The notes beneath the pieces were generated by a model. It searched no databases, had not been told where the DNA came from, and saw only the letters and a program-made list of their open reading frames with translations. Positions 32,741 to 39,029 of a stretch of 53,238 nt of DNA are shown here, one piece after another. The stretch lies in assembly GCA_001785985.1 (NCBI GenBank), contig MFVE01000005.1, forward strand, positions 178,533 through 231,770, given 5' to 3'. Position 1 is the first letter of the stretch. The number at the start of each line of letters is the position of its first letter. Origin of the DNA: Candidatus Nomurabacteria bacterium RIFCSPLOWO2_01_FULL_42_17. GTDB lineage: Bacteria > Patescibacteriota > Minisyncoccia > Phycocordibacterales > UBA9973. The position numbers were made by a program, and so were the translations under genes.

Positions 32741-32856
32741 TTGCAGTACAATTTTGGTCGTCCTGTGATTCTACCCTTATTTTTAGGGCTGAAAAGGAAT
32801 TCTCTCGGTATTTAGTTTGTTTTATAAAAAAACTATTTAAAATATTCAGATCTGTC

Positions 32857-34017
32857 TTGCTTTTTTCCTTATGTTTAAGGGTGATTTTTGTACTTTCCTT
32901 TATGTCTGCTCCGGTACAAGTCCAAGCTAGCTTTTTCTCTGCAATTTTAGGCGGTGAAGCTCATGCAGAGACAGAAGTAGTGGACCCAACCCAACTCAAT
33001 CAAAATATCCAGAAGAATTCACAGACTATGGGCCTCTTACAGGCAAATGTTTCCCCTTCTTCAGTGATTCAAGAGAAACAAGAGAAAAAAGGCAAGAAAA
33101 GCAGCGAGATAGGGGGCACGATTGGCGGAGATGTGGACATGAATATTGTTTCCGATAATGCTCTCCTGCCTGCTACCGGTCCGATGGGCGTTTCCGACGG
33201 TAAAGATGGTATAGATGCTTTGAAAGAGACTAGCGTGTATGTCGTGAGAAAGGGAGACTCCATCTCAGGTATTGCGGAAATGTTTGGTGTTTCGATCAAT
33301 ACTATTTTACTGGCAAATGATATAAAAAGGGGCGATAAACTCTCCGAAGGAGATGTTCTTTTCATTTTCCCTTTTTCTAGCAAGGAACATACTATTAGCA
33401 AGGGGCAGACCCTAAAAAGCATCGCAAAACTTTATAAAGTCGATATAATTGATATCACTCTTTACAACGATATTGCGCAAGACAGTGATTTAAAGATCGG
33501 CGACAAGATTTTGATTCCTGGAGCTGACAGTATGGATAATGAAGGAGGCGATAAGCCTGCGTCAAACTTGGGCTCGGCTCTAGCCAGAGACAAGAATTAT
33601 TACGCAACTCATCCAATCCAAAATCTTGTGGGATATTTCATAAACCCAGTGCCCACGGGCCACAAAACGCAGGGCTTGCATGGTCCGGGACATAGAGGCA
33701 TCGATATCGGAGATAAAACAGGCGCAAATATATATGCATCTGCACCGGGAGTGGTTTCAATAGTAAAAACAGGATGTAAGCTTGGTCAAACACGTTGTGC
33801 TGGAGGTTATGGCAATATGGTTGTTATTGCACATCCAAATGGCACGAAAACTCTTTACGCGCATCAAAGCAAGGTCTTAACGCATACGGGTGCCAAGGTG
33901 GAAAGAGGAGAAGTGATCGGTTATGTCGGTTCTACCGGGCGTTCTACCGGACCACATATCCACTTTGAAGTATTAGGCGCAAAAAATCCCGGCTCTGACT
34001 GGAGTTGGTCAAACTAA
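32857..34017 (+). CDS. secreted LysM (x2) + M23 family metallopeptidase
   Basis: Has LysM repeats (YVVRKGDSISGIAEMFGV.., HTISKGQTLKSIAKLYKV..) and M23 motifs HRGIDI and GSTGRSTGPHIHFEV. The start is uncertain: TTG 32857 gives a signal-peptide-like N-terminus and ATG 32902 is the alternative. The track start 32737 would overlap the structured leader. Confidence 0.85.
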   Translation: MLFSLCLRVIFVLSFMSAPVQVQASFFSAILGGEAHAETEVVDPTQLNQNIQKNSQTMGLLQANVSPSSVIQEKQEKKGKKSSEIGGTIGGDVDMNIVSDNALLPATGPMGVSDGKDGIDALKETSVYVVRKGDSISGIAEMFGVSINTILLANDIKRGDKLSEGDVLFIFPFSSKEHTISKGQTLKSIAKLYKVDIIDITLYNDIAQDSDLKIGDKILIPGADSMDNEGGDKPASNLGSALARDKNYYATHPIQNLVGYFINPVPTGHKTQGLHGPGHRGIDIGDKTGANIYASAPGVVSIVKTGCKLGQTRCAGGYGNMVVIAHPNGTKTLYAHQSKVLTHTGAKVERGEVIGYVGSTGRSTGPHIHFEVLGAKNPGSDWSWSN

Positions 34018-34022
34018 CTAGA

Positions 34023-34139
34023 AGAATCCCTAAAATATAAACTTTTCTCCGGTACGGATTTTTTGAAGCTTAAAAAATCCTGAAGTTCTCGCACCGTCGC
34101 GCTCGAAACCCCTGCGAAAAGTTATATTTCAGGGATTCT
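34023..34139. repeat. nested inverted repeats between convergent genes (24-nt outer imperfect IR + inner 9-bp hairpin)
   Basis: Outer arms are AGAATCCCTAAAATATAAACTTTTC (34023-34047) and GAAAAGTTATATTTCAGGGATTCT (34116-34139). The inner hairpin is GGATTTTTT-gaagctt-AAAAAATCC (34056-34080), a likely bidirectional terminator. Confidence 0.6.
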
Positions 34140-34889
34140 TTACTCTAGGAAAGTCAAAGCGACCATGGCTAAAATCCCAACTATAACCGCCATTATCTGT
34201 AAAATAGAATGTTTTATTTCTTTTGTTTTTTGAAGTTCAGGAATTAAATCAGCGACTGCGATATAAATAAATCCGCCAGCCGCAATGGGCAAGAACCAGA
34301 AGCTTATGGTTTGCGCAATTTGACTTAGGATTAGCACAAAGAAGAGTCCAAGAAGTGCTACTATGGCCGAAAGAAAATTAAGCCACAATGCGCGCGCCTT
34401 CGTATAGCCAGAGTGGATCAATACCGCAAAATCCCCTATTTCTTGGGGTATTTCATGTAGTATCACAGCTATTGTCGTAGCGATGCCGAGAGGGATGCTC
34501 GCCATAAAGCTTGCTCCGATGATTATTCCGTCGATAAAATTGTGCACTCCATCTGAAATAAGGACTAACTTTCCAACCGGATGAATATGTGAGTCCGCCT
34601 TGTCTTCCCCGTGGTGATGCCAATGAAGAAACTTTTCCAGAATAAAGAAAATCAGAATGCCGATGATGATCAGTATGCTGGTCAAGGTTGAATTGCTGGA
34701 AACTTCGAGAACTTCAGGTATGAGATGAATAAAAGCATCTCCTAAAAGCGCTCCGACCGCTAGTGAAATGAAAATAAATATATATTTTCTTAAAATTTCT
34801 TCCCTTAATGAAAGGGTGAAAACTCCGGCCAGTGAAACCAGGCTGACAATAATAACGCTGATAAATGCATAAATGTATGATGTTGCCAT
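34140..34889 (-). CDS. ZIP-family divalent metal transporter (ZupT-like)
   Basis: 249 aa, ~8 TM. HEIPQEIGDFAVL signature and a His-rich loop HWHHHGEDKADSHIH. Confidence 0.88.
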   Translation of the reverse strand: MATSYIYAFISVIIVSLVSLAGVFTLSLREEILRKYIFIFISLAVGALLGDAFIHLIPEVLEVSSNSTLTSILIIIGILIFFILEKFLHWHHHGEDKADSHIHPVGKLVLISDGVHNFIDGIIIGASFMASIPLGIATTIAVILHEIPQEIGDFAVLIHSGYTKARALWLNFLSAIVALLGLFFVLILSQIAQTISFWFLPIAAGGFIYIAVADLIPELQKTKEIKHSILQIMAVIVGILAMVALTFLE

Positions 34890-34890
34890 G

Positions 34891-34961
34891 TGCGGGATAG
34901 GCGAATCGAACGCCTGCCTACAGTTTGGAAAACTGCAGTTCTACCACTAAACTAATCCCGC
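34891..34961 (-). tRNA. tRNA-Gly (anticodon TCC)
   Basis: Reverse complement GCGGGAT-TA-GTTTAGTGGTAGAAC-T-GCAGT-TTTCCAA-ACTGT-AGGC-AGGCG-TTCGATT-CGCCT-ATCCCGC-A gives a cloverleaf with TTCGA T-loop. No encoded CCA. Confidence 0.9.
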
Positions 34962-35004
34962 CTCCGCTCTCGCTTCGGCGAGGCAAGCCCGCCTAAGTAA
35001 TTTA

Positions 35005-35033
35005 TTTATACCCCAAAAATGTATTAAAAACAA
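35005..35033 (-). promoter_or_regulatory. promoter for the tRNA-Gly/ZIP unit (TTGTTT-17-TATAAA)
   Basis: On the minus strand the -35 is at 35033-35028 and the -10 at 35010-35005. A GC hairpin leader (34969-34982, CTCGC-ttcg-GCGAG) follows. Confidence 0.4.
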
Positions 35034-35036
35034 TCT

Positions 35037-35429
35037 TTAAATCGTTTTTCTATTTCGCCACGATTTTATTTTATCGCCAATGGAAGCCGGCAAAGAATCT
35101 ATAAAAAGAGCAACAATTGCGCCCAAAAGTCCGATGTCTCTGATCGTCACATCATTGATTCCGCTTGTTATCAGAACAATGATCAAATGTAATGTTCCGA
35201 GCAAGGCGGCAATCCATACGAAAGAATTAAATAAAAGAAAAATTCCAATCGCCATATCTAAAAGCGCCGTTCCGATCATCGCTTCCCTGATAGGTATAGG
35301 AATTAATTCAAGAGCCCATGGACTTATATACCCTCCCCAAGCTTCTGGATTTCTAAAAATCAAAATGCCAATCCATATGAAGGTTATAGCGAGTCCAGTT
35401 CTTAAAATATGTAATGAAATTTTGTTCAT
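35037..35429 (-). CDS. DoxX-like small integral membrane protein
   Basis: 130 aa from ATG 35429 (MNKISLHILRTGLAITFIWIG...), 4 TM. The track start 35480 would run through tRNA-Pro. Confidence 0.6.
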   Translation of the reverse strand: MNKISLHILRTGLAITFIWIGILIFRNPEAWGGYISPWALELIPIPIREAMIGTALLDMAIGIFLLFNSFVWIAALLGTLHLIIVLITSGINDVTIRDIGLLGAIVALFIDSLPASIGDKIKSWRNRKTI

Positions 35430-35435
35430 AAAATG

Positions 35436-35506
35436 TCGGGCCGCTGGGAATTGAACCCAGTCTAAATGCTCCCAAAGCACTTGTACTACCGGTATACTAC
35501 GGCCCG
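35436..35506 (-). tRNA. tRNA-Pro (anticodon TGG)
   Basis: Reverse complement CGGGCCG...AGTGC-TTTGGGA-GCATT...CTGGG-TTCAATT-CCCAG-CGGCCCG-A. 7-bp acceptor stem. No encoded CCA. Confidence 0.88.
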
Positions 35507-35522
35507 AATAAAAATGAGTATA

Positions 35523-35906
35523 TCACAAAATAATATCACTTACTACTTTTACCTTTGCAGTTCTGTCCTTTAGATTTAAAAACACAACCAACAAATCTAC
35601 TTGCCATTCTTTTTCATCCAGATTTTTAGATAAAAGATAAGTTTGAATTACGCGCGCGAGTCTTTTTAGTTTCCAGGGGTGCATATTATCCTCTGGTCTG
35701 GAATTATAGTCTGTTACATATGAAACACTCTTTACTTCGATAAAATATAATTTGCCTCCTTTCTCAGCAACAATGTCTATCTCACCCCATTTTTTAGTAT
35801 AATTTCGCTCTAATATCAAAAAGCTATGTTTCATGAGAAACTTTACAGCTACATTTTCCCCAGTCTCCCCTATTTTTTGTCTTTCTGATGTGAATACCTT
35901 AGGCAT
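35523..35906 (-). CDS. yraN: YraN-family (UPF0102) endonuclease-like protein
   Basis: 127 aa. GETGENVAVKFL...ILERNYTKKWGEIDIVAEKGGKLYFIEVKS is the family signature. Confidence 0.85.
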   Translation of the reverse strand: MPKVFTSERQKIGETGENVAVKFLMKHSFLILERNYTKKWGEIDIVAEKGGKLYFIEVKSVSYVTDYNSRPEDNMHPWKLKRLARVIQTYLLSKNLDEKEWQVDLLVVFLNLKDRTAKVKVVSDIIL

Positions 35907-35911
35907 TTTAT

Positions 35912-35943
35912 TGTTTCATATGTAACACGTTTCATGTGAAACT
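35912..35943. promoter_or_regulatory. two abutting parS-like 16-mers
   Basis: TGTTTCATATGTAACA (35912-35927) and CGTTTCATGTGAAACT (35928-35943), each 13/16 to the ParB site TGTTNCACGTGAAACA. They lie 6 nt upstream of the yraN ATG. Confidence 0.35.
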
Positions 35944-36058
35944 TATGTCCAAATTTGTGTCTTTTATTAAAATATCTTTATTTTATAAGGCATTTTTGGA
36001 AAAAATGGTCTTAAAAGACAATTATTTGCTATGTCCTTTATAAACATTACCAACATAT

Positions 36059-36067
36059 TTATCCACA
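36059..36067 (+). promoter_or_regulatory. perfect DnaA box TTATCCACA
   Basis: Exact 9-mer in the yraN/tRNA-Arg spacer. Confidence 0.4.
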
Positions 36068-36118
36068 GTTCCCACAAATCCTTATTTTACAAGAAAAACT
36101 AAAGGACAAGAAATTTTG

Positions 36119-36190
36119 TGCACCCAGAGGGATTCGAACCCCCAACGACAGTTCCGAAGACTGTTGTGATATCCATTTCACTATGGGTGC
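36119..36190 (-). tRNA. tRNA-Arg (anticodon TCG)
   Basis: Reverse complement GCACCCA-TA-GTGAAATGGATATCAC-A-ACAGT-CTTCGGA-ACTGT-CGTT-GGGGG-TTCGAAT-CCCTC-TGGGTGC-A. Confidence 0.88.
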
Positions 36191-36310
36191 ATTATTAATA
36201 ATTATACATCATTTATTAAATAATCATAATACTATTGTTTTACAAGCTTAAATTATTAAATTGCAATATGTTTAATATAATATATAATTTAATGATTAAA
36301 AAATAATTTT

Positions 36311-36381
36311 GCGGTCATGGTTTAGTGGTAGAACACGTCCTTGCCAAGGATGAGACGAGAGTTCGATTCTCTCTGGCCGCA
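36311..36381 (+). tRNA. tRNA-Gly (anticodon GCC)
   Basis: GCGGTCA-TG-GTTTAGTGGTAGAAC-A-CGTCC-TTGCCAA-GGATG-AGAC-GAGAG-TTCGATT-CTCTC-TGGCCGC-A. Confidence 0.9.
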
Positions 36382-36390
36382 CATAAAATA

Positions 36391-38067
36391 GTGGACTCAA
36401 AAAATAAAAATCTAGACAAAAGTTTATTGTCTAAAATACCCACGGAAGTTTCATATGTAACAGACACTCTTGAAAGTGCTGGTTTTGAGGCGTATTTGGT
36501 GGGTGGCTGTGTTCGAGATCTAATAATCGACAAAAAACCTAAGGACTGGGATGTGACAACAAATGCAAAACCAGCCCAAATTATAAGCCTTTTTGAGAAA
36601 ACAGTATATGAAAATGACTTTGGAACCGTCGGGGTATATATCCCAAGCGAGAATTCAGTAGAGGGTGAGGTTATTCATGAAACAAATAGTAGTGATGTTA
36701 TTCGTGAAACATCCAAATATAAGGTTATTGAGGTTACACCATATAGGCTGGAGGCTAAATATAGTGATTTTAGGCATCCAGACGAGGTTAAATTCAGTGA
36801 CAAGCTAGAAGATGATCTTAAAAGACGTGACTTTACCATAAACGCCATGGCTTTAAGTTATAAAGGACATCTAACAGACATGTTCAATGGTCTAAAGGAC
36901 ATAAAGGACAAGACGTTGAGAGCAGTTGGAAATCCTGATGATCGATTCAAAGAAGATGCGTTACGAATGTTGCGCGCGATTCGTTTCGCTTGCCAACTCG
37001 GATTTTCTGTGTCATATGAAACTTCGGAAAGTATTTTAAAAAATGCAGATTTAATAAAAAAAATATCGGGAGAACGCATACGCGATGAATTTGTAAAAAT
37101 AATAATGTCAGAAAATCCAAGCAGGGGAATTGTCATGTTGCAGAAATTTGGATTGCTAAAAAATATTATTCCAGAGCTCGAAGAGGGGATAGGTTGCGAG
37201 CAATTAGGAGAACATATTTACGATGTTTGGGACCATCTACTGCATGCTCTTGCTCATGCGGCGGACAAGAATTGGCCTTTAGAAATAAGGCTGGCTGCGC
37301 TTTTTCATGATATTGGTAAGCCGAAAACTAGGAGATTGGCGGAGTCTTTCCCGACGAAAAATTCCCCCACCTTCGCCCCCCTAGACAAGAGGACAGGGGA
37401 CCCACGGCTCCTAAAATTTTTGTCGGGAAAAACTCCTGCCGCAAAGAAACAATACACTTTTTACGGCCATGAAGTTGTCGGCGCGAGGATGGCGAAAAAA
37501 ATAATGGAGAGATTAAAATTTTCGAAAAAAGAAATTGAATTGGTGGAAAAACTTGTCCGCAATCATATGTTTTTTTCTGATACGGAGTTGATCACACTTT
37601 CTGCTGTGCGTAGAATCATTGCAAAAGTCGGTGTGGACAATATTTGGCTTTTGATGAACATCCGCGAGTGCGATAGGGTAGGCATGAAGAAAAAAGAGGC
37701 GCCATATCGCCTGCGAAAATATTTTGCCATGATCGAAGAAGCTTTGCGAGATCCAATATCAGTCGGCCAGCTCAAAATTAATGGAGAATTTATGATTAAA
37801 GAGCTTGATATCAAGCCAGGGCCGAGAATGGGGTGGATATTGCACGCCTTGCTCGAAGAAGTGCTGGAAGATCCAAAGAAAAATACAGTCGAAAATCTGT
37901 CAGAGATAGTGAGAACTCTGGATAAACTTGACAATAAAGAGCTCAAAGCGCTTGGCGATAAAGGGAAAGAAAAAAAAGAGGAGCTAGAAGAAAAGGAAGT
38001 CGAAAAATTACACGCTAAACATGGGGTGAGATTGGGTAAGGGACCCAATCGCAAGGCCGGAGCCTGA
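36391..38067 (+). CDS. cca: CCA-adding enzyme (tRNA nucleotidyltransferase) with HD domain
   Basis: Shows GFEAYLVGGCVRDLI, DWDV, RRDFTINAM and HD-domain FHDIGKP...GHE. The track start 36325 lies inside tRNA-Gly. GTG 36391 is the first possible start after the tRNA, with TTG 36424 as the alternative. None of the four tRNAs encodes CCA, consistent with this gene being needed. Confidence 0.88.
   Translation: MDSKNKNLDKSLLSKIPTEVSYVTDTLESAGFEAYLVGGCVRDLIIDKKPKDWDVTTNAKPAQIISLFEKTVYENDFGTVGVYIPSENSVEGEVIHETNSSDVIRETSKYKVIEVTPYRLEAKYSDFRHPDEVKFSDKLEDDLKRRDFTINAMALSYKGHLTDMFNGLKDIKDKTLRAVGNPDDRFKEDALRMLRAIRFACQLGFSVSYETSESILKNADLIKKISGERIRDEFVKIIMSENPSRGIVMLQKFGLLKNIIPELEEGIGCEQLGEHIYDVWDHLLHALAHAADKNWPLEIRLAALFHDIGKPKTRRLAESFPTKNSPTFAPLDKRTGDPRLLKFLSGKTPAAKKQYTFYGHEVVGARMAKKIMERLKFSKKEIELVEKLVRNHMFFSDTELITLSAVRRIIAKVGVDNIWLLMNIRECDRVGMKKKEAPYRLRKYFAMIEEALRDPISVGQLKINGEFMIKELDIKPGPRMGWILHALLEEVLEDPKKNTVENLSEIVRTLDKLDNKELKALGDKGKEKKEELEEKEVEKLHAKHGVRLGKGPNRKAGA
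37347..37430. mobile_element. 84-nt palindromic element inserted in frame in the cca HD domain
   Basis: Terminal inverted repeat TTTCCCGACGAAAAATT...AATTTTTGTCGGGAAA with one indel and a GC-rich interior. Encodes FPTKNSPTFAPLDKRTGDPRLLKFLSGK between HDIGKP and the GHE motif. Confidence 0.7.
38038..38062. repeat. 25-nt direct repeat, copy 1 (contains 8-bp hairpin GATTGGGT-aaggg-ACCCAATC)
   Basis: AGATTGGGTAAGGGACCCAATCGCA. Forms the last codons of cca. Confidence 0.85.
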
Positions 38068-38125
38068 CGAGGCGAGGAGGGCTCGCGAGATTTTTCAGCA
38101 GAAAAATACTTGTGTAAGATTGGGT

Positions 38126-38150
38126 AAGGGACCCAATCGCAGTGATACAA
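38126..38150. repeat. 25-nt direct repeat, copy 2
   Basis: Identical 25-mer 88 nt downstream of copy 1, just before the M23 peptidase start. Confidence 0.85.
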
Positions 38151-38157
38151 TAGTAGT

Positions 38158-39018
38158 ATGAGTGATGTTAAGATAAAAAACTTTTTCTTTATAATTTTTC
38201 TGCTGTTTCTTTTTGGATTTAGCCGCGGAGCGAGTGCCGCTGCGCTGGCTGTAAAACAAGGAGAGGTGCTTTTGTATCCGATATATTTTCCGGCAACAAC
38301 TTCGGTATTATTTGGTGGCGTAAAAATGCCGGTTTTTGATTATAACGGCCAAAAGTACGCCCTTGTTGCGGCTGATGTGAATAAAAAACCGGGAAACTAC
38401 AATCTACGAGTCAAGGAAGGTGAACAAGAATTAGCCAAGAGGGTTATTCAAATAAAAACTGGTACACAACCAAAAGTTATGATGAAAAGAGCCTATAAGT
38501 TTACGACACTTCCGAAAGAAAAACAGGCGGAAGTACTAGAAGACAAAGCCCCGCTTGTGGCTCTCCTTTCCAAAGCGACGGCAGAAGCAAAACCCAAGCT
38601 TTGGCAATCGATATTCAGAAACCCGCTTGATACTATGACAACCACGAGTCCGTACGGATACACAAGAATATACACAAATCATTCGACTACACATCACGGG
38701 GAGGATTTGCGCGCAAAAATTGGCACGCCGGTCTATGCAATTTCTGACGGTATTGTTCTCTGGGGTGAAGGCAAGCCGCTGTATTTAGAAGGACCAACAG
38801 TCGTCATAGATCATGGCGATGGTATCATTTCAAAATATCTGCATCTTTCAAGGGTCTTGGCGCAAGCTGAATCAAAGGTAAAAGCAGGGGACATTATCGG
38901 TTATTCGGGCGATCAGGGAGCGGATGTGCAGGGCGCGCATCTCCATTTTGCCATCAAAGTTGGCAATGTCTCTGTCAGCCCGCTTCAGTTCATTAAAGAA
39001 TTTCAGAAACTTAAATAA
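38158..39018 (+). CDS. secreted M23 family metallopeptidase
   Basis: 286 aa with a signal/TM segment. HHGEDLRA, IDHGDG and GAHLHFAI motifs. Confidence 0.88.
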   Translation: MSDVKIKNFFFIIFLLFLFGFSRGASAAALAVKQGEVLLYPIYFPATTSVLFGGVKMPVFDYNGQKYALVAADVNKKPGNYNLRVKEGEQELAKRVIQIKTGTQPKVMMKRAYKFTTLPKEKQAEVLEDKAPLVALLSKATAEAKPKLWQSIFRNPLDTMTTTSPYGYTRIYTNHSTTHHGEDLRAKIGTPVYAISDGIVLWGEGKPLYLEGPTVVIDHGDGIISKYLHLSRVLAQAESKVKAGDIIGYSGDQGADVQGAHLHFAIKVGNVSVSPLQFIKEFQKLK

Positions 39019-39029
39019 GAAGGCATTAA

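Noticed and set aside
36325-36390. Track start codons that run through tRNAs (cca at 36325; doxX-like at 35480), and the PBP start at 5616
   Set aside because: These starts overlap tRNA-Gly(GCC), tRNA-Pro and the tyrS coding region respectively. Downstream starts (36391 GTG, 35429 ATG, 5700 ATG) remove the overlaps, and the latter two fit promoter or processing geometry.
37563-38150. 195-aa minus-strand ORF, plus the 214-aa minus-strand ORF at 48615-49259
   Set aside because: Both are Ser-rich antisense frames of cca and pnp respectively. The sense genes carry unambiguous catalytic motifs.
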